Translations under genes and position numbers: made by a program
The notes under the pieces: generated by a model
What the model saw: the letters and a program-made list of their open reading frames with translations, nothing else
The model's database searches: none
Told to the model about the DNA's origin: nothing
Source of the DNA: Candidatus Levyibacteriota bacterium
Lineage (GTDB): Bacteria > Patescibacteriota > Microgenomatia > Levybacterales > UBA12049
Length of the DNA: 64,000 bases
Reading direction: 5' to 3'
Assembly: GCA_963722305.1 (NCBI GenBank)
Contig: CAVRKE010000001.1
Span: 437,549 to 501,548, forward strand
In this document: piece after piece, positions 37,263-47,781 of the stretch
Numbering within the stretch: the first letter of the stretch is position 1
Layout: each line of letters begins with the position of its first letter

Positions 37263-38392
37263 CTTATCTGTTTATACAGGTTTTCAAATTTTTTCGCAAT
37301 CTCATCAAGCGAAAATTGTTCAGCTTTAACCCTTGCGTTTCTACCCATTTTCGCTCCTAAATTTTCATCCCGCAGAAGCATATCTAAATGAGCGTTGAAT
37401 ATCTGTTCGTCTTTTTCGACCAAAAATCCGTCTTTGCCCGACTCGATAAACTGCTCAAACACCCTGTCTCTAACCGCCAACACCGGCAGTCCTGAGGCCA
37501 TGGCCTCAGGAACAATCATTCCTTCGGTTTCGGTTTGCGAAGCGAAAACAAAGACGTCGGCTCCGTTATAAATTTGCGGAATTTCATTATACGGAATCAT
37601 TCCCAGCAAGAAAATTTTATTTCCGATTTTTAAACTGTTTATTAATTTTTGGATGTTCTCTTTTTCCGGCCCGTCACCCGCGATTGCAAAATAGACATTG
37701 GGGTGGTCTTTTGCGAATTTGGCAAAGGCTTTAATCAAAAAATCCAGTGATTTCTCTTTAGCCAGTCTGGCAACACATAAAACAATTTTGTCATTCTCAG
37801 AAAGTTTCAATTTCTCCCGAAGGTCATTATTCTTAACCGGTTTGAATTTGGCAATATTGACGCCGTTGGGAATAACCGTAATCGGCTTTCTGACTCCGAA
37901 ACTAATTAACTCATCTTTAACATACTGGGCCGGCGCAATAATGTGAGTACAAACATTGCAATATAATTTGACCATTTGCTCCATGGCTTTGGGCTTAATC
38001 ACTCTGCCATTGAGAATATAGTGCGTGTATTTATTCCACCTGGTATTGTAAGTAAAAACATAAGGCTTGCGTTTGAGCTTAGCCAAGGTGAGGCCTAAAG
38101 ACGGTGTTGCCCCGCCGGAAAAGCCATGAATAATATCAACGTCCAACTGTAAAACTTTTTGCAGAATTTTGTCCGGAAACATATAGGAAACCCGCAGTTC
38201 CGGATTTTTCCACAAACGCACCGAGCGTAGCCTTAAAACGTTGGAACAGGTGTCTTTAAATTTTGGGTAGGCCGGAGCAACAATATAAACTTGATGATCT
38301 CTGCTAACTAAAGAGCTTCTTAGTTCCTCAACCGTGGTGGCAACACCGTTAATTTGCGGCGGATAAGCATCGGTAAAAAAAGCTATGCGCAT
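37259..38392 (-). CDS. Family 4 glycosyltransferase (GT-B, 'group 1')
   Basis: MRIAFFTDAYPPQINGVATTV... and the C-terminal motif FVFASQTETEGMIVPEAMASGLPVLA. Confidence 0.8.
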   Translation of the reverse strand: MRIAFFTDAYPPQINGVATTVEELRSSLVSRDHQVYIVAPAYPKFKDTCSNVLRLRSVRLWKNPELRVSYMFPDKILQKVLQLDVDIIHGFSGGATPSLGLTLAKLKRKPYVFTYNTRWNKYTHYILNGRVIKPKAMEQMVKLYCNVCTHIIAPAQYVKDELISFGVRKPITVIPNGVNIAKFKPVKNNDLREKLKLSENDKIVLCVARLAKEKSLDFLIKAFAKFAKDHPNVYFAIAGDGPEKENIQKLINSLKIGNKIFLLGMIPYNEIPQIYNGADVFVFASQTETEGMIVPEAMASGLPVLAVRDRVFEQFIESGKDGFLVEKDEQIFNAHLDMLLRDENLGAKMGRNARVKAEQFSLDEIAKKFENLYKQIR

Positions 38393-39280
38393 ATTGGATA
38401 ATTTCTAGAGCCTATTATAGCAGGAATTGGTTTTGAAGACGACTTTGCCACCAAAAATACGTTCGGCTACGCTCAGTATTTTTGTGGTGAGCGGAGTCGA
38501 ATCCACCAAAAAACCACCCTTCGGCTTCGCTCAGGACCTCGCTTGCGCTCGACCCCGTGTGCCTTGAGATGGTTTAAAAATGAAAAGTAACTAGAGGGTG
38601 CTGAATAGCGCCCTCCAACCAAAAAGTGGTAGGAAACCCCTCCTCCGCTAAAGCTTCGGAAGGGCAAGTGAATAAGTGAGATTTACAAGAGTTATTCTCT
38701 CTTGGTGTTACGAGTTAATTGGTATTGAAAACTAAAAGTGTGAACCTTTAATCTTTTGCCAACTTCGCCGTTCATCCCCTATTCCTACTCTGTAAATTGG
38801 GACGCGCCCAATTTAATTTTAGAAAGGAGGTGATCCATCCCCACCTTCGGGTAGGGATACCTTGTTACGACTTAAGCCTTATCGCCGATTTTTATCTCTA
38901 TCGCAAAAAGCAATATTCGATAACTACCGACTTTACTGCCTTGACGGGCGGTGTGTACAAGACCCGAGAACGTATTCACCGCAGCATGCTGATCTGCGAT
39001 TACTACCGATTCCGACTTCATGAGGTCAGGTTGCAGACCTCAATCTGAACTGAGGCGAAATTTAAGGGATTGGCTTGCCGTTGCCGGCTTGCAACCCGTT
39101 GTTTTTCGCCATTGTAGTGTGTGTGTAGCCCAGGGTATAAGGGCCGTGCTGACTTGACGTCTTCCGCTCCTTCCTTCCCAATAAAATTGGGACCGTCTCC
39201 AATGAATATTCAACATTGGACGCGGGTTGCGCTCGTTTCCCCACTTAAGGGAACACCTCACGGCACGAGCTGACGACCAT

Positions 39281-40061
39281 ATTCTTCCATGTATTTCTAC
39301 AGGTATGGACTATACCTTCTTCCTTTCTTTAAGGAAGCCAACCGTCTGAATATCTAATTAGACATTCTCACCTTACCTTAATAAGGATCAGTCTCTACGG
39401 GGCAAGTTTTACAGAATAAAGCTTTACTCTTGGTAAAACCTCATCTCTAAAATGCTTTTTCAGATAAAGAACATAAGTTCTTGCAACGGTATATTGGTAC
39501 AAACTCATATTGGCTTTGCCAAACATTAATTGATCTCTTAAAGCATCTTCTTTGCTTGAATAAGCAATTCTAATGCCTGATCTATGCTTGGTATCTATAT
39601 GTCCATCTCCATCAATTCTACCTGCTAAATAAGCAAGTTGATATTTTAAGGGAATGGACAATTCTCCAGTTTTTGTAGACATAAATAAACGTGTCAAAAT
39701 CCTATTATTAATATAAATTTGAACGGCTGTTTGTTTACGCTTACTTTTTCCATCTGGCTGATAAATCCTTTTCTTTATTGGATAGTCTAATTTTACTCTT
39801 AAAAGAAATTTGTTGAATTTATCAATCAGTTTTAGATTAACTGAAGTAAGTCCAATTGAACTTGATCGCCAATAACCATCTGCTAACCAAAGACCTAAAA
39901 TGTAAAAGTCTTCGGCTGATTTAAAAGCAAACTTGCTTCCCACGGTATTACCCATTAATAATATAATACTACATTATTAGCTAGGGCTTCACCGTTTTGG
40001 GTTGGTTATTTCTCCCAGATATTACTACCTGAGCGGCCATCTTCCCGATTAATTCGGGACT
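39281..40061 (-). other. Intervening sequence (intron-like insertion) in 16S rRNA at about E. coli position 1055-1060; encodes a LAGLIDADG endonuclease
   Basis: Exon sequence ...ACAGGTGCTGCATGG (+ strand 40064..40078) resumes as GTCGTCAGCTCGTG... at + strand ~39276. The intervening ~780 bp contain ORF 39395..39955. Confidence 0.6.
39395..39955 (-). CDS. LAGLIDADG homing endonuclease encoded inside the 16S rRNA insertion
   Basis: Two LAGLIDADG motifs: FYILGLWLADGYW and LAYLAGRIDGDGHI. Same strand as the rRNA. Confidence 0.8.
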   Translation of the reverse strand: MGNTVGSKFAFKSAEDFYILGLWLADGYWRSSSIGLTSVNLKLIDKFNKFLLRVKLDYPIKKRIYQPDGKSKRKQTAVQIYINNRILTRLFMSTKTGELSIPLKYQLAYLAGRIDGDGHIDTKHRSGIRIAYSSKEDALRDQLMFGKANMSLYQYTVARTYVLYLKKHFRDEVLPRVKLYSVKLAP

Positions 40062-40187
40062 AGCCATGCAGCACCTGTGCAATCATCCTTACGGATTTGC
40101 TAATCTTTCAAAAAGCATAAACGATTGCATGTCAAACCCTGGTGAGGTTCTTCGTTTTGTCTCGAATTGAACCACACGCTCCACCGG

Positions 40188-40247
<60 letters not shown>

Positions 40248-41024
40248 CCTGCTTAACGTGTTAACTTGCGCCTCATCCTCCGAGGGAGGAGAAAGCTAGC
40301 AGGCATTGTTTACGGCTAGGACTACACAGGTATCTAATCTGTTTCGCTACCCTAGCTTTCGTGCCTCAGCGTCAGGAATATTCCAGATGCTTGCCTTCGC
40401 CTTTGGTGTTCCAGTTAATATCAACGCATTTCACTGCTACACTAACTGTTCCAGCATCCCTAACAATCCTCAATCCCGATAGTTTCTTTCCCAGTTCCGA
40501 AGGTAAGCTTCGGTATTTAAGAAAAGACATATCGGGACGCCTACGCACACTTTACGCCCAATGAATCCGGATAACGCTTGCCTCCTACGTATTACCGAGA
40601 CTTCTGGCACGTAGTTAGTAGAGGCTTATTCTATAGTCCGTGAAGGGACTATCAAAAGGAGTTTACAACCCTAAGGCTGTCTTCCTCCACGCGGCGTCGC
40701 TGGGTCAGGCTTTCGCCCATTGCCCAATATTCCTAGTTGCTGCCATCCGTAGATGTACTGCCCGTGTCTCAGTGCAGTTGTGGCTGATCGACCTCTCAGT
40801 CCAGCTACCCGTCATCGCCTTGGTGGGCTTTTACCCCGCCAACAAGCTGATAGGACGCAGGCTCATCTCTTGGCGCAAAGTTAATTGCTTTACAATAAAT
40901 TGATTATGGACTATTACCCACTCTTTCGAGAGGCTATGGTCCACCTAGAGGTAGATTCCTACGCGTTACTCACCCGTCTGCCAGTTACTTGTCTTGCGAC
41001 AAATCCCTTTGACTTGCATGCTTA

Positions 41025-41067
<43 letters not shown>

Positions 41068-41312
41068 AAAAAAAATTGATGTTAGATTTTCTTTTAGGAA
41101 TTAATCTAACAAAAAATTCCTACCACTTTTTGGTTGAGAAACTTGTTTCGAAACCAACCCTCCAGCAATCGCTCCGTGAGCCGCAGTAGAAATCTACTAA
41201 GGCGAACGGTAAGATGCGGACGGGTTGATTAAAACAGCTTCTAATTACAAAAAGCTCCTTCTCATTCTGTGCTGTATGTGATAACGAATTTTTAAAGTGC
41301 GATTGGCTATTA

Positions 41313-41339
41313 AAACGAAAAATCCCGCCAAAGGCGGGC
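41313..41339 (-). terminator. Rho-independent terminator (minus strand) downstream of the 41444..41821 gene
   Basis: Minus-strand reading CCCGCC-TTT-GGCGGG followed by ATTTTTCGTTTT. Confidence 0.5.
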
Positions 41340-41443
41340 CGCTAGGTCCAAAATCTTTGGTGCATTCGTTTACATAGCTTTAATCATTATAGCTATTCTG
41401 AGGCTTTTGTCAAGGATTAGAATGGGGATTTTAGAAAGCTAAC

Positions 41444-41821
41444 TTATCTTCCAGGAACGCTCGGAGCAGCTGTTGCCGGTGTGTTATCAATGGCCGAAAA
41501 ATTATCAACAGTGAATGTTCCTGAAACGGGATTTTTCGGAGGAATTCCAATACTGGCTTTACCACCTTCACCACCATAATCAACACAGGTGGCATAAAAA
41601 ATCGTAACTTGTTCTTTTAAAGAGGGTGTTTGAGTTACTATTGGAGAATCTTTTACATAACAAGTTGCACCTTTCTCCTGGTTTCCGTCACCAACGGCTA
41701 ATGTTGCCTGATAATTTGCTTCACTTGCTAAAATCGGCCGAGGAAGAGCTGCTCCACTAAGCCCACTAAAAGCTATTGCTGCGCAAGATATTAATCTACT
41801 AAATTCTCCTCCAATTTTCAT
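41444..41821 (-). CDS. Small secreted hypothetical protein
   Basis: N-terminal signal peptide (MKIGGEFSRLISCAAIAFSGLSGAALPRPILA), 125 aa. Confidence 0.4.
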   Translation of the reverse strand: MKIGGEFSRLISCAAIAFSGLSGAALPRPILASEANYQATLAVGDGNQEKGATCYVKDSPIVTQTPSLKEQVTIFYATCVDYGGEGGKASIGIPPKNPVSGTFTVDNFSAIDNTPATAAPSVPGR

Positions 41822-41900
41822 AGAGGCCTATATTACTAGCAAGACCCGCATTTGTCAAGGATGTAAATAAGAATTTTCTGATATATGCTAAACTAAATTT

Positions 41901-42740
41901 ATGGCGGGTTTATCCCAAGATTATCAACGGATTGAAGTTGAAAGCGCCCCGAACACCAAAGCTTATTGTTGGACAGTTGGCAATGAACAAAACCCTCCCC
42001 TTCTTTTGATGCCTGGATTTACCGGTACACATGTTGATTTAATGAAACTGGCCGGACTTTTGACATCGAGATATTTTGTGATTGTTCCCGACATGCCAGG
42101 CTGGGGCGAATCGCCAAAGTTTAACAAAGAACTGACGATTGAAAACTACACTCTTTACATAAAGTCACTTCTTGAACAATTGAAGATTTCTAAAATCACC
42201 TATGTTGGCCACTGCATGGGCGCAACTTTAGGCATTGAACTGGGAATAAAAATTCCTGAGAAATTAGAACAGATTTTTTTAATCAGTACTCCAAATTTAG
42301 GCAACACTCTTTACCACAAACTGCTGCTGTTCGCCGCCGACACTGCAGTGAAATTTCCAAAATCGGTCAGGCCTTTATTTTATCTTTGGCGAAACCGCTT
42401 TTCTGCTGCACTGGTCAACATTTTCGTGATTAGAATTCGCGGTAAAATGCACAAACTGAAGCTAATCTGGCATTACGTTGTCGTCCAGGGTGAGCCGGAT
42501 GAAAACTCCATTGAAGAAGCCTGGCGCGATATGATTCATTTTGACTACGCAAAAATAAAAAACGTGAAAATTCCCGTACATTTAGTCCATGGCAATGAAG
42601 ACTTGCTGATTCCCAGAAGCAGGGTTCGCGAAGTTCTTGAATTTCAGCCAAAAGCGACAATTGATTATGTCAAGGATTGTGGCCATATGCCGCCTGTCGA
42701 AAACCCCGAAGGTGTCGCCGAGGCTATTTTGAGGTATTGA
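41901..42740 (+). CDS. Alpha/beta-fold hydrolase with a Cys in the nucleophile elbow (G-H-C-M-G)
   Basis: LLLMPGFTGTHVD...IVPDMPGWGESPK...YVGHCMGATLG...VHGNEDLLIP...GHMPPVENPE is the typical alpha/beta hydrolase layout. Confidence 0.7.
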   Translation: MAGLSQDYQRIEVESAPNTKAYCWTVGNEQNPPLLLMPGFTGTHVDLMKLAGLLTSRYFVIVPDMPGWGESPKFNKELTIENYTLYIKSLLEQLKISKITYVGHCMGATLGIELGIKIPEKLEQIFLISTPNLGNTLYHKLLLFAADTAVKFPKSVRPLFYLWRNRFSAALVNIFVIRIRGKMHKLKLIWHYVVVQGEPDENSIEEAWRDMIHFDYAKIKNVKIPVHLVHGNEDLLIPRSRVREVLEFQPKATIDYVKDCGHMPPVENPEGVAEAILRY

Positions 42741-42758
42741 AAATTTCCAAGAATAAAT

Positions 42759-43427
42759 TTAAATGGCTTTTCTTCCCTCGGAGCGTCCATTAAGATGAGG
42801 CATGGCAATTCTACCATCCAAATCAGGCACTATAACTATTGTCCCATCAACCGCACAAATGACTCCGATGGCATGATTATCATAAGATGAACCTATCAAG
42901 CGTGAGGAGTGGAAATTTGAATCAAAAGTTTTTCCTGTTAATAATTTGCTAAAAAGCGAGCCAATAATATACGTAGCCAGTCTCTGGCCGGTTCTTCCTT
43001 GTTCGTCAAACAGTCTTTTTAACTCTGTTTCTGTTAAATTGGGATTAGGATTGTCCCCCATTTCAACATCAATTGTTCCTCCCCGATTGTCGTAATTTAT
43101 AATTTCTCTGATTGCTGATTCTCTCCAAAGTATTCCGCTCGGAGCAGACTTATGGGGAATAAGCTTGCCCAGCAAAACTAATCCTTCCGGAGTCATAACC
43201 TTATCCGGAACTAAGAGAACATGTTTTCCTTGCTGTTTTAGTTCTTCTAATCCCAAAGCGCTTCGGTCACAAGAAGGAACTTCAAACCGATGCCCTCCCA
43301 AATTATTTCCCCAGGAATTCCATATTGTTTGCCAAGTCGCGTCAACAAGTTCGGGAGTTAATAATCCGGTTGTATATTCACTAATTGCCCTGACTAAGGG
43401 ATCTTGAGGTAAAACTCCTTCTGTCAT
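42759..43427 (-). CDS. Hypothetical protein
   Basis: 222-aa ORF with plausible coding character. I recognise no motif. Confidence 0.35.
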   Translation of the reverse strand: MTEGVLPQDPLVRAISEYTTGLLTPELVDATWQTIWNSWGNNLGGHRFEVPSCDRSALGLEELKQQGKHVLLVPDKVMTPEGLVLLGKLIPHKSAPSGILWRESAIREIINYDNRGGTIDVEMGDNPNPNLTETELKRLFDEQGRTGQRLATYIIGSLFSKLLTGKTFDSNFHSSRLIGSSYDNHAIGVICAVDGTIVIVPDLDGRIAMPHLNGRSEGRKAI

Positions 43428-43480
43428 GCGGGAATTATATAGGCCTTTTCGCCCGTTGTCAAATTAATGAGTTTATTTCC

Positions 43481-44074
43481 TTACTTTTCCAAAAGGAGCA
43501 TGGTCCAGGCGAAGGGAAATCTTTTGGCCAAGATGCGAACTTTCGCGTTTTTTTTGACTAATTTTGGAAAACCAAACATTGTCCAGTGGTTAATATGTTC
43601 AATGTCATTGCCAAACCGCGACCAGTTTTTACCTCGCAGAAGCTGTGCCAGCATAAAAAACGGCTCGTTCGGCACGGAAATCACCAGATATTTATTCGAC
43701 ACTCTAACTAATTCCTTTAAAGCATTTTGAGGCTTTTCCAAATGTTCCAAAACTTCGGTACACAACACTAAATCGAATGCGTTGTCTTTGTACGGCAACT
43801 CATAAATACTGCCCTGGATTATTTTGATGTCGGGATAAGTTGTTTTACCAAGCACAATCGCCTCTTTTGCATACTCAACTCCCTCCAGTTTTTTACCGAT
43901 CCCCTTTTCTTTTAAACGGTTAAGCGTAAAACCTTCTCCACAGCCGACATCCAAAATCGAATCGACTTTTTTGGCGGCAGTGAGACTAGTGAGATGCCGG
44001 AAGAAATTCCACAGCAGCAATCTCTGAATCGGATTGCGATGGGTATGCTTTTTGTAATTGTCCGTTTGTTTCAT
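43481..44074 (-). CDS. Class I SAM-dependent methyltransferase
   Basis: SAM motif I ILDVGCGEGFTL. The start was moved to the internal Met (MKQTDNYKK...) to avoid a 79-bp overlap with the upstream gene. Confidence 0.65.
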   Translation of the reverse strand: MKQTDNYKKHTHRNPIQRLLLWNFFRHLTSLTAAKKVDSILDVGCGEGFTLNRLKEKGIGKKLEGVEYAKEAIVLGKTTYPDIKIIQGSIYELPYKDNAFDLVLCTEVLEHLEKPQNALKELVRVSNKYLVISVPNEPFFMLAQLLRGKNWSRFGNDIEHINHWTMFGFPKLVKKNAKVRILAKRFPFAWTMLLLEK

Positions 44075-44700
44075 TATTTTAGGTTTTGAACGGCGTGATA
44101 AGAGACTATACCAAGTGAAATGATAACATTCAAGCTTTTGTTGACCCCCCACATCGGAATTTCGGCGATAGCATCACAAGCTTTGAGAGTTTCTTTTGAA
44201 CAGCCTTCTGTTTCGTTACCCACCACAAAAGCAATCGGTAGTCTATAGTCGATTTCCGTATACGGAACGCTTTTTTTGTCCTGTTCTACAGCGATAACTT
44301 GAATATCCTTAATCTTTAATCTTAAATCTTTAATCGCATGTTTCGCCGAAGGCGAATACTGCCATTTGACCCATTCGGTGGTGTTTATCGAAGCTTTTTT
44401 AATCCGCGTATTCGGCGGTGTTTCCGTCACTCCACACAGAAATATTTTTTTGACGCCCAAAGCGTCTGCTAACCGAAAAATTCCGCCGGTATTATAAGTG
44501 TCCAGAATATTATCCAGAATAAAATAAATTTCCCTTCTTTTGATTTTTTTTAAATCCTCTTTCGTCGGCTCTGAATTTCGAAGTTCCGCCGCCTTTAACT
44601 TAACTTGTGCTGAGCTTATCGAATGTATCATGCTTGCTATTATACTAAAACAAGAGTAGAATTCCCAATTTCTAATTACTAATATCAAATCAAGTCTCAA
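44074..44700 (-). CDS. SpoU/TrmH-family RNA 2'-O-methyltransferase
   Basis: YFILDNILDTYNTGGIFRLADALG...VVGNETEGCS...IPMWGVNKSLNV are the SPOUT motifs. The N-terminal ~25 aa of the ORF may not be translated. Confidence 0.7.
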   Translation of the reverse strand: MRLDLILVIRNWEFYSCFSIIASMIHSISSAQVKLKAAELRNSEPTKEDLKKIKRREIYFILDNILDTYNTGGIFRLADALGVKKIFLCGVTETPPNTRIKKASINTTEWVKWQYSPSAKHAIKDLRLKIKDIQVIAVEQDKKSVPYTEIDYRLPIAFVVGNETEGCSKETLKACDAIAEIPMWGVNKSLNVIISLGIVSYHAVQNLK

Positions 44701-44760
44701 TTCTTAAATTTCAAAAATAAAACATTGAAGCATTTATTAAAAATTAAAAATTAGAAATTT
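44701..44760. repeat. AT-rich short-period repeat tract
   Basis: aaatttcaaaaataaaacattgaagcatttattaaaaattaaaaattagaaatttgagc. Confidence 0.4.
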
Positions 44761-44787
44761 GAGCTTGGAACATGTATAATACCAGTT

Positions 44788-46371
44788 ATGCCGCCAGATT
44801 TAACCAATAATTCTCTTTCTCCTATGGCCGATGCCCTGGTCAAGGCTTTTGAAATCAGGCCGACTGTCAATTCCGAGAAGAAAATTACCGTCAATATCCT
44901 CGTCTCCAAAGTCGCCGCCTGGTACGAAAAATTCAGAACCGCCATGGATTACGGCAACGAGGAAACCATACTAAGGCGCGCCATCGAAAGAATTTTAAAA
45001 AGAATGCTCTTTTTGGACGAGGAACCCAAATCCTTGGCCCAAGACTTGGTGCGGGAATTGGTTTGGGCCGGATACTTTGAAGATGCCACTGTGCCGGAAT
45101 CAATTGTTTCAGAGGTTGCCTCATCAATTAAGCTCTATTTAAAGCTGAAAGAAACTATTCTTAGCAAAAAGACTGTCCCCAACGAAAACGTTACCGAATG
45201 CATAATTCAGCTTCTCTCCTGTGAAATCCACTATATCTTAAAACCGAACAAAGAAAAGGAAGCAATGTCCAATTTTATGTTCCGCATTTTCCGAAACAGC
45301 GTTGATATCACCGATGATTCAAAGCAAACCCGCGATGTCCAGGTTTTTATTGCCGTCAGGAAAAATTTCGCCCGGGACGATATTGCCTTTTTAAGGTATC
45401 AGCTGTTTTCGCAAATTTTCGGAAAACTGACCGAGCAAAACTTTAATCACGTGATCGCAAACTTTGCCAGCGCCTACAAAGAAGTCAAATATCAGCTCAA
45501 TTACCCCCGGAAAGACCGTATTTTTAACCATGTCAAGAAAAAAACTCCGGCCTTTTTGGTGCTTTACGATATCTTAATGCAAAACAGAGGGCAAATCAGG
45601 GCCTTAGTCAAAAACAATGAGGAATTTAAGGATAACGTCTTTGCCGACTGTGAAAAAAGATATCGAAGTATCAGAAGCAAAATCACCACCGCCATTATCC
45701 GCAGCTTCGTCTTTATTCTGGTAACCAAAGCGGTTATTGCCCTGGCGTTTGAAGGCACTTTTGAAAACCTGTTTTACGGAAAAATCCAATGGGGCTCGAT
45801 GGGCTTAAACATTATTGTTCCTCCCTTGTTGATGGTTTTTGCGGGAGTTTTAATTAGAACTCCAAATTCCAAAAATTCGGAAAAGATATTTGCCGACATG
45901 CAACGAATTTTGTTTGAGGAAAACCCCCAGCTTATCCCAACGCTATCTTTAAAGCTTAAACCCGATAAAACCGGCAGCGCCAAGGATTTTATCTTTTCGG
46001 TGCTGTGGATTTTAATTACCGTTTTGCTTTTTGGTCTGGTTGTCACTATTCTTAACAAACTCCAATTTAATCCTTTAAGCCAAGTAGTTTTCCTTTTCTT
46101 TATTGCCATTATTTCTTTTTTGACCTACCGCATTTACCAAACAGCCAATATCTATACGGTTATTTCCAGGCAAGGAGTGGTTGGCACAATCGTTGATTTT
46201 TTCTTTGTCCCGGTAATTAGGGTCGGCCGAAAACTGACCGAAGGAATTGCCCAGATTAATTTTATTTTGATTATTGTCGATTTTATAATTGAAGCTCCCT
46301 TCAAGGGTCTGGTCGGATTTTTTGAACAATGGTTCCTGTTTGTGGCTAATAAAAGAGAAGAACTGGAGTAA
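44788..46371 (+). CDS. Hypothetical polytopic membrane protein (527 aa)
   Basis: Soluble N-terminal half, then several hydrophobic helices (VFILVTKAVIALAF, IIVPPLLMVFAGVLI, FIFSVLWILITVLLFGLVVTIL, VVFLFFIAIISFLTY). No motif recognised. Confidence 0.4.
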   Translation: MPPDLTNNSLSPMADALVKAFEIRPTVNSEKKITVNILVSKVAAWYEKFRTAMDYGNEETILRRAIERILKRMLFLDEEPKSLAQDLVRELVWAGYFEDATVPESIVSEVASSIKLYLKLKETILSKKTVPNENVTECIIQLLSCEIHYILKPNKEKEAMSNFMFRIFRNSVDITDDSKQTRDVQVFIAVRKNFARDDIAFLRYQLFSQIFGKLTEQNFNHVIANFASAYKEVKYQLNYPRKDRIFNHVKKKTPAFLVLYDILMQNRGQIRALVKNNEEFKDNVFADCEKRYRSIRSKITTAIIRSFVFILVTKAVIALAFEGTFENLFYGKIQWGSMGLNIIVPPLLMVFAGVLIRTPNSKNSEKIFADMQRILFEENPQLIPTLSLKLKPDKTGSAKDFIFSVLWILITVLLFGLVVTILNKLQFNPLSQVVFLFFIAIISFLTYRIYQTANIYTVISRQGVVGTIVDFFFVPVIRVGRKLTEGIAQINFILIIVDFIIEAPFKGLVGFFEQWFLFVANKREELE

Positions 46372-46426
46372 ATTTCTAATTTCTAATTCTTAATTTCTAA
46401 TCAAATCCAAATATTTAAATTTAAAA
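46372..46426. repeat. AT-rich short-period repeat tract (opposite orientation, ATTTCTAAT)
   Basis: atttctaatttctaattcttaatttctaatcaaatccaaatatttaaatttaaaa. Confidence 0.45.
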
Positions 46427-46535
46427 GCGCGGGAAGATACAAAATTTTCGAATTCGCGTTTTATACTTTAGTAAAAAACGGGCTAGCGATAATATAAATT
46501 GCGGATGAGAAAATTTTCGTATCGATCTTAAGCGC
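46427..46535. repeat. MITE-like dispersed repeat, copy E (intergenic)
   Basis: GCGCGGGAAGATACAAAATTTTCG...GAAAATTTTCGTATCGATCTTAAGCGC. Confidence 0.65.
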
Positions 46536-46585
46536 ACCGCTGGCCTCTCTTGACAACTCTTGAGCATTGTGAACTATAATTAACT

Positions 46586-47035
46586 ATGACCGCCACCGGA
46601 CACGCCATAATTGGAACCGTCATCGCCGCCAAAATTGGCAATCCCGCTCTGGCCATCCCGATTGCCCTGGCTTCGCATTTTTTAGCCGATGCCCTACCCC
46701 ACTGGGACACCGGCACAAACAGAGAAAAGAAAAGTAAAACAAGATTTGTTGCCGAAACTTTCATTGATATCGCTGCCGGTTTTATTTTATCCTGGATTTT
46801 GATTGTTTGGCTCTTCCCGTCAACCAACCTCTTGTATGTATTTATCGTCATTATTGTTTCACAATTGCCCGACTGGTTAACCGCCCCGTATTTATTCTTA
46901 AACTGGAATTTTCCCCCATTTACCTGGATTTATGAATTACAAAAAAAATTCGACACCGAAAAACAGCTTCCCTGGGGACTAATAAATCAGGTGGTAGTAT
47001 TAATTGCCATTATTTTCCTCGCCAAAATGTTGTAA
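46586..47035 (+). CDS. Small polytopic membrane protein (DUF457/YdjM-like metal-dependent hydrolase family suspected)
   Basis: ASHFLADALPHWD and 3-4 TM helices; 149 aa. Confidence 0.4.
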   Translation: MTATGHAIIGTVIAAKIGNPALAIPIALASHFLADALPHWDTGTNREKKSKTRFVAETFIDIAAGFILSWILIVWLFPSTNLLYVFIVIIVSQLPDWLTAPYLFLNWNFPPFTWIYELQKKFDTEKQLPWGLINQVVVLIAIIFLAKML

Positions 47036-47044
47036 AATAGACTA

Positions 47045-47734
47045 GTGGAAAATCAACCTGCCGATCAATTCCGAGTACCGGTCCAATCACAGAATTTTGT
47101 GGCCGCGAATACCAACCCTAATCCGGCCCAACCCGCAAATCGGCCAAAACCAAAACCTAATCTGAAATTATTTCTGATTGTCATTGTGGTTTTACTCTTA
47201 ATTACTCTTTCGACCGAAGCTTATTTGCTTGGGAAACAAAGCGCGCCAGCCTCTCGAAATGCCACCGTTGCCCAAACCATGAACTCTTTCGGCGCCGTCA
47301 ATTCCAACTTGACCCCTACTCCGACGTTGATACCGACTCCGATCGCCTCACCAACCTCTGAATTAGTCGGAGAAGTTGTTTGGAATATTCAAAAAACAAA
47401 TCTGACCCCCACAGAAATGGCAATAGAGAATGCTTTTGTTACTTATAAGGCTACCCCTACCGCCGAATTCGATAGCAACCGCCGACTGGCGGTAACAAGT
47501 GTTGAGGTCTCAACCATTTCCGCTAATTTCGCCATCACAGACATGGAACTCGTTGATGCCAATAATAAAGTTATCCCTACCGACGGATTTGCATATTATC
47601 TTTATAAGGCAAATAGTTTGTGGAATATTATGACCGGAAGCGAAGGAGATTTTTGTCAAACAATCAAAACTTTTCCCAGCGACCTTCTTACCGATAATCT
47701 AAAGGCATATTTGGGTGGCTGTTTCCCCAAATAA
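47045..47734 (+). CDS. Pro-rich single-pass membrane protein, member 1 of a three-gene tandem paralog array
   Basis: Pro/Gln-rich N-terminus, one TM helix (LFLIVIVVLLLITL), a PTPTLIPTP linker and a C-terminal globular domain. Confidence 0.4.
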   Translation: MENQPADQFRVPVQSQNFVAANTNPNPAQPANRPKPKPNLKLFLIVIVVLLLITLSTEAYLLGKQSAPASRNATVAQTMNSFGAVNSNLTPTPTLIPTPIASPTSELVGEVVWNIQKTNLTPTEMAIENAFVTYKATPTAEFDSNRRLAVTSVEVSTISANFAITDMELVDANNKVIPTDGFAYYLYKANSLWNIMTGSEGDFCQTIKTFPSDLLTDNLKAYLGGCFPK

Positions 47735-47781
47735 ATATTAGGTTCGTTGACATGCTGACAATTTCCTGAAAGAATAAACTA

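Noticed and set aside
38440-38620. Possible tRNA downstream of 16S (GGTGGATTCGACTCCGC T-loop-like string)
   Set aside because: I could not fold a cloverleaf: no acceptor or anticodon stems. The region is more likely a copy of the GAGCGAAGCCGAG repeat family.
44074-44152. 79-bp overlap between the methyltransferase (43481..44152) and the SpoU gene
   Set aside because: Resolved by using the internal Met (MKQTDNYKK) as the methyltransferase start. The upstream 26 codons have no conserved features.
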